Under the pieces are notes generated by a model. The model was not told where the DNA came from, searched no databases, and saw nothing but the letters and a program-made list of their open reading frames with translations. DNA of 64,000 nt from Clostridia bacterium (GTDB taxonomy: Bacteria > Bacillota > Clostridia > Christensenellales > UBA1242): assembly GCA_017541375.1 (NCBI GenBank), contig JAFXZE010000005.1, positions 448,153-512,152 of the forward strand, in the 5' to 3' direction. This document shows, in pieces, positions 17,649 through 26,962 of this stretch. Position 1 is the stretch's first letter; the number at the start of each line of letters is the position of its first letter. Both the position numbers and the translations under genes were made by a program.

Positions 17649-19139
17649 CTAGATATAAAATTTAACTATCATATCTTTTAGTATAGTTCTATTTTGTATT
17701 AAACTTTTCATTTTAGTTTTGAGAGTTAAAAAAGAGCCCTGATTTGTGTCAGGACTCTTTATTGTTGGAGTATTAAAAGTTATCTCTAATCTGTCATTAA
17801 AACACGTAATTTGATGTATAACTGTATCTATTAATAATTGGGGTTCTAGAAGTAATGCTTCTTTGTAAAACTCACGAATAGTTTTTTCTGAAATTTTAAT
17901 TTCAGATTTACATTTTTCAATTAATAGTTGTTTGTCAATTTCTTCTAGTTGCTTTTCTAGTTCATGCATTCGATTATTAGTTGTATTATTAATTATGCCT
18001 TGCTCAACAGCTTTCAGGATATTGCTTAGCGCCACTTCTGCTTGATGTTTACTTTTTTCTAGCATAGTTATTGTTGAATTGTGATTAGGTGATTTTTGTA
18101 TATCTAGTAGTTGTTTTACAATTTTATTCATTATTGGCGGTTTGGATAATTCTGTTATAATTACATTAAGTACAAACTCTTCTAATACTTCTTGCCTTAT
18201 TGTTTCCTTTATACAACCATTTCTATACTTTTTAATTCCAAGGCATTTGTAATAGTGTATCGTTTTACCAAGTTTTGTAGTTCCTGATTCAGCGCTTATC
18301 GGTTTGCCACAGTAACCACATACTAATTTATTTTTAAGTAGGTAAACAGTCTTTACACTATTTTTGCCATAGTGGTTAATTTTTCTTTTTGATTTTACTT
18401 TTTCGAAAGTATCTTTGTCAATTATTTGCGGATACGTATTTTCATACTTTAATCCGTCTTTTTCATAAGTTCCAGTATATCGCTCATTTCTTAACATGTT
18501 GTATATAGTATTCTTTGCAAATGGTTTACCATTATTATAAATGTTCTTAGAGTTAAGGTCTTCAATTATGTTTCTTACAAATTTTCCCTTAGCATATTGA
18601 TTAAACATGTATTGCACAATTTCAATTTTAGTTTCGTCAATAACAATTTTTCTTCCGTCAAGTTTATATCCATAAGGTAATGAGCCACCAGTAAAATGAC
18701 CTTTTAGTCTAGTTTCGTGCATACCACGTTTTACCTTTTGAGATAATTCTGCAGAGTAGTATTCAGCCATTCCTTCGAGCAAGGATTCTAGTATTATACC
18801 CTCAGGAGTGTCTGGAATATTTTCCATAGCTGACAGTAGTTTAACTCCATTATCTTTTAGTATCTTTTTGTATTTTGCATTTTCATATTTATTTCGACTA
18901 AAGCGGTCTATTTTATATACAATAACATATTGCCAATTGTTACTTGCACTATCTTTTATCATTTGTTGAAAATCAGGACGATTGTCATTTGTTCCAGTCA
19001 TTGCTCTATCAATATAGGTATTTAAAACTGCAATACCATTTCGGTTTGCATATTCATTACAAACACGAAGTTGCCCTTCAATGCTTTGCTCAGTTTGTGA
19101 ATCTGAACTATATCTTGCATAGATTACAGCTGTTTTCAT
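17649..19139 (-). CDS. large serine recombinase (integrase)
   Basis: N-terminal resolvase domain AVIYARYSSDSQ with the catalytic Ser. Recombinase domain, a Zn-ribbon CGYCGK...YYKC and a coiled-coil C-terminus. RBS aaggag. Confidence 0.9.
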   Translation of the reverse strand: MKTAVIYARYSSDSQTEQSIEGQLRVCNEYANRNGIAVLNTYIDRAMTGTNDNRPDFQQMIKDSASNNWQYVIVYKIDRFSRNKYENAKYKKILKDNGVKLLSAMENIPDTPEGIILESLLEGMAEYYSAELSQKVKRGMHETRLKGHFTGGSLPYGYKLDGRKIVIDETKIEIVQYMFNQYAKGKFVRNIIEDLNSKNIYNNGKPFAKNTIYNMLRNERYTGTYEKDGLKYENTYPQIIDKDTFEKVKSKRKINHYGKNSVKTVYLLKNKLVCGYCGKPISAESGTTKLGKTIHYYKCLGIKKYRNGCIKETIRQEVLEEFVLNVIITELSKPPIMNKIVKQLLDIQKSPNHNSTITMLEKSKHQAEVALSNILKAVEQGIINNTTNNRMHELEKQLEEIDKQLLIEKCKSEIKISEKTIREFYKEALLLEPQLLIDTVIHQITCFNDRLEITFNTPTIKSPDTNQGSFLTLKTKMKSLIQNRTILKDMIVKFYI

Positions 19140-19164
19140 TTTTATTCTCCTTTTGATTTTATTC

Positions 19165-19310
19165 TGTCTTTCGACATAAGCGATGAAAACGAAAATGGAT
19201 TTAATTTTTGTATCCTATTAGTTAGTTTATTAGTAGTCAAAGGTTGCTTAGCAATTAACTTTACCTTTGACAACTAAGAGTTTTCGTTTAAACTTCGCTT
19301 TAGAAAGACA
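19165..19310. repeat. nested inverted repeats between the rep and recombinase genes
   Basis: The outer imperfect arms 19165-19195 and 19281-19310 pair in three runs (tgtctttc..aagcga..aaacgaaaa). An inner perfect 9-bp hairpin gtcaaaggt/acctttgac lies at 19236-19271. Confidence 0.75.
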
Positions 19311-20171
19311 TTAAAAAGCTTTAGGTAGCTTATCAATCAGCTCTTTATTGACATTTCCAAATATTTCTCCAGTACTCAAATCAGTACATCTAAAGTTATC
19401 AAACAAAAGTATTTTCCTGTCTTCTTGACCTATAGTGCACACAACATCATCTTCTAAAATATCGGTTACAAAATAAGTTTGTAAGTGTCTAGAGAAAATG
19501 ACTTTTTCTCCAGTCTTACGAATGTATTTTAAAATGTATCTTACAGCTTCTTGAGTCATAATTGGATTCAATTCTTTAAAATCATTTCTTCCAAATCGCT
19601 CTAAGAAGAAAGTGTTTTGATGAGTAACTTGCATATTGTGGATTCTAGTTGAATAGTCCTTGACTTCTTCTATTTGACCAACCATTTCTTTGATAACAAA
19701 AATACCATGAAAGTGTAATCGTTTTAACTTTGGGCTTCTTTCAAAAACCCCAATGTATTTCCAGCCTTTGCGATTAGAAAGGTGCCTTATACAATTTAAA
19801 AACTTAACTCTAAATTCATCTTCGGAAAGTTTACTTGAGTCATAAGTAAAGGTACAAAAATGTGTCCATTGTTGAAGTCCTATTTTTCGACTCAATCTCG
19901 TTTGTCTAACAATCCTATTTCTCTTATCTTTTTCAATTACATTATTTACAATATCCTTTGTTCTCTCAATATCATTTACCTGTTTATTGAGTTCTTTTAT
20001 AATCTGTTCTTTGGTGCTTTTATTTGCACACACATTTAGCAGTTTCTTTACTTTCTCTTCTAGTTCATTAGGTATAATTTTACCTTTCCGCTTTTTCCAA
20101 CTTTGTTCTACATGAGGAATCCCTATGTAATGGCTACCATCAAAATAAACTTTTGTTTTTAAATAACTCAT
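19311..20171 (-). CDS. HUH-superfamily rolling-circle replication initiator (Rep)
   Basis: Motif I FCTFTYD, motif II HFHGIFVI (HUH) and motif III YILKYIRK (catalytic Tyr). RBS aaggag precedes the ATG at 20171. Confidence 0.75.
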   Translation of the reverse strand: MSYLKTKVYFDGSHYIGIPHVEQSWKKRKGKIIPNELEEKVKKLLNVCANKSTKEQIIKELNKQVNDIERTKDIVNNVIEKDKRNRIVRQTRLSRKIGLQQWTHFCTFTYDSSKLSEDEFRVKFLNCIRHLSNRKGWKYIGVFERSPKLKRLHFHGIFVIKEMVGQIEEVKDYSTRIHNMQVTHQNTFFLERFGRNDFKELNPIMTQEAVRYILKYIRKTGEKVIFSRHLQTYFVTDILEDDVVCTIGQEDRKILLFDNFRCTDLSTGEIFGNVNKELIDKLPKAF

Positions 20172-20572
20172 TTTTAACTCCTTAATTTTTTTTGAATTAA
20201 AAAAGGACATAGAAAAAATACTAAATTTTTCCTACGCCTTAAATGTTAACTCTGCCGTACATTGTGCTTACGGATGCCCAGTTGTAAAACAACTCACATA
20301 TCTATCTCATCTTTTTCATTTTGCGTTTCCTAATTTAATTCAATAATCATTTTATCACAAAAATTTTCAAAAGCCAATGATTCTACTTGATTTCACTTGA
20401 CCAATTAGAGAAGAAAATAACTTTTCTTTATGGGCTTAAGGAAATCAATGATTTTTACAATAAAAAATACTATGCGAAAGGCATAGTATAAATGGCAAAG
20501 ACTTTTGCAAAAACAATACAATAAAGCGAAGAAGATGAATAGAAAGTAATAGATATTCATAGACAGAGCATG

Positions 20573-20712
20573 CGCCGAGTGAAGAAAAAAGAGTGTTGTG
20601 GTAAGCCTGCGCACAAACTCTTTTTCACTCGGCGTTTTGTTAGGGAAACAGAAGTTAGTGTGCTTGTCTTCGGTGGAGCGAAGCGACACCGACTTGTATA
20701 AGACAAGCACAC
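20573..20712. other. two long GC-rich hairpins in the rep-methylase intergenic region; candidate origin or structured RNA
   Basis: Hairpin 1 spans 20573-20634 (cgccgagtgaa..aaaagagt / actctttttcactcggcg). Hairpin 2 spans 20658-20712, with a 13-bp perfect stem gtgtgcttgtctt/aagacaagcacac and an inner stem cggtg/caccg. Confidence 0.6.
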
Positions 20713-20823
20713 GTTTAAAATCCAAATAAATTTTTATAATAAAATATCGAAATACCCATAAATGTTATACAAATATAAATTTTTATGATATAATATATAA
20801 AACAAAACAAGAGGAGTCTTACT

Positions 20824-22995
20824 ATGGATGTTGCTGAAACAATATTAAACATAATAAATGACAATAATTTAACACAGCAAACTTTTGCCAAAAGAATTAA
20901 TGTGAATCAATCCCAAATTAGTGATTGGACTTCTGGCAAAAGCAAACCTAGTTTTGATGCAATTAAAGATATATGTTTAGCATTTAATTTATCTGCTGAT
21001 TATGTAATAGGATTAAAAGATATAAAAACCAGCAAAACAAAATTCAAACTTTCAAACAGAAGATATACTGGAAGTAAATTGAGAATAAAAGATTGGATAA
21101 AAGATTTAATAACTAAAAATTGTCCAAATGCAAAATCATTTTGTGATATTTTTGCAGGAACAGCTGTTGTTTCTGATGAACTATTAAACGAATATGATAC
21201 ATTTATCTTAAATGATTTACTTTATTCAAATGAAATTATTTATAAAGCTTTTTATAAAAATGAAGAATTTGATTTAAACAAATTATTTGAATATCAAACG
21301 AAATATCAATTATTGAATAAAGACAATTTAATCGAAAACTATGTATCAATAAATTTTGGTGATAAATATTTTGAAATGGGTGATGCAAGAGCTATTGGAT
21401 ATATTAGACAAGATATTGAGGATAATAAAAAATTCTTAAATGAAAGAGAATATGCAATTCTGCTTGCTTCATTATTATATTCTTTTGATAGATGTGCAAA
21501 TACTGTAGGTCATTATGAAGCTTATTTTAAAAACAAAATAATAGACAGAACTTTTAAATTTGAGTTAATTACACCTTATGACACTTTGGAGATGAATAAA
21601 AAGTTTTGTATTTATAGAAGAGATGCTAATGAACTTGCCACTGAAATTAGTTCGGACATAGTTTACATTGATCCACCATACTCTTCTCGACAATATAGTA
21701 GATTCTATCATGTTTTAGAGAATATAACTAAGTGGGAAAAACCCAAATTATTTGGTTCAGCACTGAAACCAGCTCCAGAAAACATGAGTGAATATTGTTC
21801 TTCTTCAGCAAAAAACGCTTTTAGAGATTTAGTAAATAAATTAAATTGTAAATATATAGTTGTATCTTACAACAATACATACAATTCTAAAAGTAAATCA
21901 TCAGAAAATAAAATGTTGCTCGAAGATATAGTGGAGATTTTGTCAGAAAAAGGTCAAACAAAAAAATATGAAATGCCTTTAAAGGCTTTTAATGCAGGAA
22001 AAACTAATATTGATAATCATAAAGAATTAATCTTTATAACAGAAGTTGGTAAATTTGCTGAAAGCAAAAAAGATTTAAATCGTTCTCCATTTTTTTATGT
22101 TGGCGATAAATATAAACTAATGCCTCAATTATTAAAAATCTTCCCTAAAAACATAGATACTTATTTTGAGCCTTTTTGTGGTGGTGGTAGCCCATTTTTA
22201 AACATTGTTGCAAATAAATATGTTTTAAATGATATTGACGAATATATGATTAAATTACATAAAATGCTCATAAATTACTCCGTAATGCCGGATATGTTCT
22301 ACTCTATTATAAAAAACATAGAAACAGAATATAATTTAAGTGCGTCAAGATATCAAGACATTATTCCTCAAAATTTAAAAGATTTGAATCCTAAAACTTA
22401 TTTTGCAAAGTTTAATAAAGATGCTTATTCTAGGATGAGAAATGCTTTTAACAAAGATAAGTCAAATGATGTGTTATTGTATTTACTTCTTATATATGGA
22501 TTTAATAGAATGTTAAGATTTAATTCAAAAGGCGATTTTAATCTTCCTGTTGGAAATGTTGACTTTAATCAAAATGTTGAAGATGCAATAAATTCATATT
22601 TTTCATTTGTACAAAACAAGGACATATCACTTTCTTCATTAGATTTCAGAGAATATATAAAAGTTCAAAGATTTAATAAGAATGATTTTATATATCTAGA
22701 TCCACCATATTTGATTACGAATTCTGAATATAACAAATTGTGGACAGAAAAAGATGAAATAGATTTATTAACACTACTGGATGAGTTAAATGAGAAAGAA
22801 ATTAGGTTTGCGATTTCAAATATGATTACCACTAAAGAAAAAACAAACGAAATCTTTTTAAAATGGGCTCAGAAGTATAATATATATAATATTAATAGTA
22901 ATTATATTAGTTATCATGATAATACAAATAAAATAAGTAAGGAGGTTTTAGTCACAAATTATGACAAAAGAAAAAAATCAGGAAAGAAAGATTAG
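20824..22995 (+). CDS. HTH(XRE)-fused tandem N6-adenine DNA methyltransferase (two Dam/D12-class modules)
   Basis: N-terminal HTH (QQTFAKRINVNQSQISDWTSGK). Module 1 has RYTGSK...FCDIFAGTA...IDPPY. Module 2 has YVGDKYKL...FEPFCGGGS...LDPPY. Promoter TGaTATAAT lies at about 20787. Confidence 0.85.
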   Translation: MDVAETILNIINDNNLTQQTFAKRINVNQSQISDWTSGKSKPSFDAIKDICLAFNLSADYVIGLKDIKTSKTKFKLSNRRYTGSKLRIKDWIKDLITKNCPNAKSFCDIFAGTAVVSDELLNEYDTFILNDLLYSNEIIYKAFYKNEEFDLNKLFEYQTKYQLLNKDNLIENYVSINFGDKYFEMGDARAIGYIRQDIEDNKKFLNEREYAILLASLLYSFDRCANTVGHYEAYFKNKIIDRTFKFELITPYDTLEMNKKFCIYRRDANELATEISSDIVYIDPPYSSRQYSRFYHVLENITKWEKPKLFGSALKPAPENMSEYCSSSAKNAFRDLVNKLNCKYIVVSYNNTYNSKSKSSENKMLLEDIVEILSEKGQTKKYEMPLKAFNAGKTNIDNHKELIFITEVGKFAESKKDLNRSPFFYVGDKYKLMPQLLKIFPKNIDTYFEPFCGGGSPFLNIVANKYVLNDIDEYMIKLHKMLINYSVMPDMFYSIIKNIETEYNLSASRYQDIIPQNLKDLNPKTYFAKFNKDAYSRMRNAFNKDKSNDVLLYLLLIYGFNRMLRFNSKGDFNLPVGNVDFNQNVEDAINSYFSFVQNKDISLSSLDFREYIKVQRFNKNDFIYLDPPYLITNSEYNKLWTEKDEIDLLTLLDELNEKEIRFAISNMITTKEKTNEIFLKWAQKYNIYNINSNYISYHDNTNKISKEVLVTNYDKRKKSGKKD

Positions 22996-24556
22996 TGAAA
23001 GAAAAGCAGAAAGAAAACCATTATCTTTTTCAACAACAATGAGAAATCCAGAAAGAATAGCGGGTTTTTTAAATTGTGTTTTACCATTTGAAGGACAATT
23101 TCTAACGAATGATATTATTAATGAAATAATTATTAAAGTTATATCAGAAAAACTTTATCATACTATGTATGAATTCAGAGTACCGAAATATAAAGATATA
23201 TATGTTAATCCAGATTTATCGTTTACAAGAAAGCAAGTTGAAGATATTATTAAAAATAGCCCTCAAATACATAAAGAAGCAGGATTTGATAAAGGATGGT
23301 CATCAAGGTTTGATACTTGGTATGAATTTCCCCAGGAATTGGGATTTATTAGATATGAAATTGGTAAACCTATTATTATCTCTCAAACTGGACATATGTT
23401 GATCGATGCTTTCAATGAAGCACAACCTAATAATGAAAAGATTCAAGCAGTTTTCTTAAATGCATTGATAAAATATCAAACAGATAATCCTTTTAAGAAG
23501 AATTTAAATAGCAATTGTCCTTTAATGCTTACTTTAAAAACAATACAAGAATTAAAAAAAGTAGATAAGAATAGTGCCGGTATTCATAGACAAGAATTAT
23601 CTCTTATAATATGTTGGCCTGACTATAATTATAAACAACTTACTAAAAAGATAATTGAATTAAGGAAAAAGTATGGTTATAACATTTCAAATGAAATTAT
23701 ATATGCTGAATGTATGAATTTATTAGAAGCTGGCGTTGATAAAGAAAAACAATTCAAAATGTCTAAAATCATCAGTGAAGCTGTTGATGAGTTTATTAGG
23801 AAAATGCGTATTACTGGAATATTTTCTTTAAGAGGAAATGGGAGATTTTTAGATATTAATAACTTTGAAAAACAAATAATTAGTTACATTATAAACAATT
23901 ATCCAACACACCAAAAATTTTCAGATAAAGAATTATATTTTAATCACATTTCTAATATTGACCCTAAAATTATTGAGAATGTAAAATCAATTGAGATTGA
24001 CAAAGTAGAAGTTAAAGAACAAGCTTTAGTTAAATGGGCAAATTATTTTAGTAAAAAAGATATTGAAAAGGAATTGATGCTATTAAGTAAATCAGGAAAA
24101 TCATCTAATGAAATATTAAAAGTTATAGATACACCGACTAGATTAGAGTTTTTAATAAGTATTTCGCTAAAACAACATTTTTGTGATGCAAAAATAATAC
24201 CCAATTATAAAATTGATGATGAAGGATTGCCAACATCAACTGCAACAGGAGGAAAAGCAGATATAGAGTGTTTTGATAAAGATTGTACCCCTATTGTTGA
24301 AGTAACATTAATGACTTCAAAAGCGCAGTCTATAAATGAAATTCCAGGAATAACTAGGCACTTACAGGAAAGACAAATGAAATATAAGGATTCAAAGGTT
24401 TTTTCGTTATTTATTGCTCCACATATTCACTCAGAAACAATGTATATGATAGAATTTAGTAAATTTCGGTCAAATATAGATATTATACCATATACAATAA
24501 TTGAGTATATAAAGCACTTAACAATAAAAAAGTCACTTTTATCATTTTTGAAATAA
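22961..24556 (+). CDS. AlwI/BstNBI-family type IIS restriction (or nicking) endonuclease
   Basis: Blocks alignable from memory to N.BstNBI: STTMRNPERI..L.FEG, RITGIFSLRGNGRFL, GGKADIEC...IVEVTLMTSK and FSLFIAPHI. Overlaps the methylase gene by 35 nt. Confidence 0.75.
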   Translation: MTKEKNQERKISERKAERKPLSFSTTMRNPERIAGFLNCVLPFEGQFLTNDIINEIIIKVISEKLYHTMYEFRVPKYKDIYVNPDLSFTRKQVEDIIKNSPQIHKEAGFDKGWSSRFDTWYEFPQELGFIRYEIGKPIIISQTGHMLIDAFNEAQPNNEKIQAVFLNALIKYQTDNPFKKNLNSNCPLMLTLKTIQELKKVDKNSAGIHRQELSLIICWPDYNYKQLTKKIIELRKKYGYNISNEIIYAECMNLLEAGVDKEKQFKMSKIISEAVDEFIRKMRITGIFSLRGNGRFLDINNFEKQIISYIINNYPTHQKFSDKELYFNHISNIDPKIIENVKSIEIDKVEVKEQALVKWANYFSKKDIEKELMLLSKSGKSSNEILKVIDTPTRLEFLISISLKQHFCDAKIIPNYKIDDEGLPTSTATGGKADIECFDKDCTPIVEVTLMTSKAQSINEIPGITRHLQERQMKYKDSKVFSLFIAPHIHSETMYMIEFSKFRSNIDIIPYTIIEYIKHLTIKKSLLSFLK

Positions 24557-24593
24557 AAGTTAGTATAGCTTTATTAAGCTTATCACTAATCAT

Positions 24594-24627
24594 AAAAAAC
24601 AGTCATGAATAATAGTGACTGTTTTTA
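24594..24627. terminator. bidirectional terminator between the convergent REase and KAP genes
   Basis: Stem acagtca/tgactgt, flanked by an A-run and a T-run. Confidence 0.75.
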
Positions 24628-24642
24628 AAATTAATTTCTAAC

Positions 24643-25926
24643 CTATCTTAAGTCGTTCGTCAGTTTAATAATTCTATTGACATTGTGAGGATAATCCCAG
24701 TCTATAGGTGTGTTAGAATTAAGTATTTTTTCCGTATTATCTTCAGGTCTATTTATAAAATTTGCTAAACTAGAAATATTAATATTTCTAACATTTTCAA
24801 ATAAACCAATTATATTTAGCAAAGCTGCTTGACCAATTGTATACATTTTCAATGTGTCAATAACTCTGGTAAAATGAGTTGGGGCTATATCATTTAAAAA
24901 GTTTTGGAATCTTGATTCACTCAAAACTATCGTTTCTGGGGTATAAGTGTATTGTAATTCCTTACCAAAATAGGTTTTAAAAATTGAATTTTGAAATTTT
25001 CTTAACAACAGCAAAAAAGCTATTTGTATTGGATAAAAGTAATAATAGCGCATAACTTGATTGAATCCATCCCTTTGTTCTTTACAAATCATATTTAGTT
25101 GTTGAATGAGTTTTTTTATATCCCTTGCAGCAATATTTTGAGATTCAATCATTTCTGCGATAAGTTCTTTCACTTCATAGTCAGGATCTGTATGAAAACT
25201 CATTAAAGAAATCGCGAATTTTTTGTTGGTGTCATATGGTAAATCAATTTCATATTGAACAAGCTTAGATAAATACCCATGTACATCTGTATACTCACCA
25301 AATTCATTTTTTATTGCATTTTCAAGTTGTTCATGATCAATGGCTATAACTATAATAAGATTAGGAATATTCAGAAAGTGGTATAGTGATTCTAGAACCT
25401 TAATTTGATATGCTGGTAAGCAACGATCTAATTCATCAACCAGTAATATAGTTTTTTTATTAGAGCAAAACTCTTCCAAGGTTTTTTTACAATTTACAAC
25501 GGCCTTTTTAAATGCATCATACTCTTCAAAAAAATCTGTATTTTCAGCAAATGCTGTCAAATCTATTTTGTGAGCATTTGCAAGGGTTTTTAAAACTGAA
25601 TTTAATATACATTTTACAACTTTACCGGCAGTTTTTTTGATTGCGCCACCTTTGCTAGGAATTTTACTGATACAATGCATTATTGGCACTATTGGTGCAT
25701 CAAAGAATTTGTTTTCCCATGCATCATAAGTTAAAATTTTAAACTTTTTTTCTGTTTCATTTTTTTCATGAATAAAATTGAATAAAGTACTTTTACCTGA
25801 TCCATACTTTCCATTTATAGTTATAGTTAAACCTTGTCCATCTTGATTACCATAACTATCAAAAATATCGAATAACGTATTAAGGAAATTAGTTCTCTCC
25901 AATTTGTCATCTTTAATTTGAATCAT
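24643..25926 (-). CDS. KAP-family P-loop NTPase
   Basis: Walker A GKYGSGKST, YDAWEN motif and Walker B LLVDELDRC, which is typical of KAP. RBS ggagg. Confidence 0.85.
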   Translation of the reverse strand: MIQIKDDKLERTNFLNTLFDIFDSYGNQDGQGLTITINGKYGSGKSTLFNFIHEKNETEKKFKILTYDAWENKFFDAPIVPIMHCISKIPSKGGAIKKTAGKVVKCILNSVLKTLANAHKIDLTAFAENTDFFEEYDAFKKAVVNCKKTLEEFCSNKKTILLVDELDRCLPAYQIKVLESLYHFLNIPNLIIVIAIDHEQLENAIKNEFGEYTDVHGYLSKLVQYEIDLPYDTNKKFAISLMSFHTDPDYEVKELIAEMIESQNIAARDIKKLIQQLNMICKEQRDGFNQVMRYYYFYPIQIAFLLLLRKFQNSIFKTYFGKELQYTYTPETIVLSESRFQNFLNDIAPTHFTRVIDTLKMYTIGQAALLNIIGLFENVRNINISSLANFINRPEDNTEKILNSNTPIDWDYPHNVNRIIKLTNDLR

Positions 25927-26208
25927 ATTTTTTCCTCCATTATATTAATAATTTTTTCATAAATCCAAAAATTAACTCGTTTGGATTAGTAATTAATCTT
26001 TTTCGTCATGTGCGTTTTGTTTTTTCAACTCCCCTAAACATGACTCGCAATAAACACTACATGTTAACTATGCCTCCTTTGTGTATAATTAAAACTATTT
26101 GAAAAACAAAAAAACATCGCCAAACTAGAAGTATTAAAAATTCAAAAAAGTTTGAAAATTGTTAAAAATCTATTGACAATGATAACTTGAATATATTATA
26201 CTTAATAT

Positions 26209-26345
26209 ATAATGATATACTTGTATCAAGTCATTCATTATCAACCCATTGTTCCTGTATTTCGAATTCTGTTTGATTTCCAGTCTGAGAATTCGCTTTT
26301 CAAACATTGGATAAGCAGTATCAAGTTTTTGATGCTGTTTTTTAT
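26209..26345 (+). ncRNA. candidate small RNA, defined by a promoter and a terminator
   Basis: TTGACA 26173-26178, 18-nt spacer, TATACT. Internal 8-bp hairpin cgaattct/agaattcg (26263-26295). Terminator hairpin 26316-26337 plus a T-run. There is no RBS for the embedded 49-codon ORF. Confidence 0.35.
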
Positions 26346-26479
26346 TGGCTTAGCATCATGAACCAAAACTTCTTATCTACTTGCAATTTAACATATGAGC
26401 CTATATCTGTCAAGCAAAATTTCCAATTATTTAAAATTTTTATAAAAAATAGTAAAAGCTTTAATTTTTAGGATAAAAT

Positions 26480-26512
26480 AAAAGACCAAATCGAAATTCG
26501 ATTTAGTCTTTT
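26480..26512. terminator. bidirectional terminator hairpin in the gene-poor region
   Basis: 14-bp stem aaaagaccaaatcg/cgatttagtctttt with one mismatch. An A-run lies upstream and a T-run downstream. Confidence 0.65.
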
Positions 26513-26733
26513 ATTTTCACCTAAAACCTGATGCAATCAAATAACAGAAAGCTAAATAATTAGAATACATTAACTCTTAAATTTAATCCTCATTTTTATC
26601 TCTTAATTTAACATGTGTGTAAAGTTTAGCAAAATTCTCAGATTGTCAATTTTTAATTTCGATGTTTGCTAAAACTTATCAAAATACCTTATGTTGACAA
26701 TAGGGAAAAGCTAGTGAAAAAATTGAGGGAGTC

Positions 26734-26762
26734 TTGACAATTTGGGCGTTTTATGGTATAAT
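26734..26762 (+). promoter_or_regulatory. consensus sigma-A promoter for the small ORF
   Basis: TTGACA, 17-nt spacer, TGgTATAAT. Confidence 0.7.
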
Positions 26763-26791
26763 AAAATAGTCAGAAGAAGGGGGATTGGAAA

Positions 26792-26962
26792 ATGAGAATG
26801 AGTTCTGTGCTAAAGCTCGGCGTCCTTGCTGTATTAGTTGGAGGAGTAACATATGAAACTGTTAAAACAGGGCAATATCTTGAATGTGGTGTTGGCTTAG
26901 CTGCTGGTACAATTATCGGTCTTGCAATTAGACATTTAGAACGCAAAGAAGGTTATAGATAA
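26792..26962 (+). CDS. 56-aa glycine-zipper-like small membrane peptide
   Basis: Not in the ORF track. RBS aaggggga lies about 8 nt upstream. Sequence MRMSSVLKLGVLAVLVGGVTYETVKTGQYLECGVGLAAGTIIGLAIRHLERKEGYR. Followed by hairpin ggttat/ataacc and a T-run. Confidence 0.55.
   Translation: MRMSSVLKLGVLAVLVGGVTYETVKTGQYLECGVGLAAGTIIGLAIRHLERKEGYR

Noticed and set aside
17600-17650. Direct-repeat att sites for the island. The candidate was similarity between taagtcgaatactta at the left junction and taagtcaatttttt..gtaagta at about 28812-28832.
   Set aside because: The match is short and AT-rich and is easily explained by chance. Serine recombinases need only a 2-bp crossover, so no boundary claim is made from it.
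17374-17652. 92-codon plus-strand ORF spanning the tRNA-Leu gene.
   Set aside because: It overlaps a well-formed tRNA and its promoter, and has no RBS. It is an artefact of ORF calling.
20405-20725. 106-codon minus-strand ORF in the rep-methylase intergenic region.
   Set aside because: It has no RBS. Its sequence consists of the arms of the two long hairpins plus low-complexity hydrophobic text. A structural DNA or RNA element explains it better.
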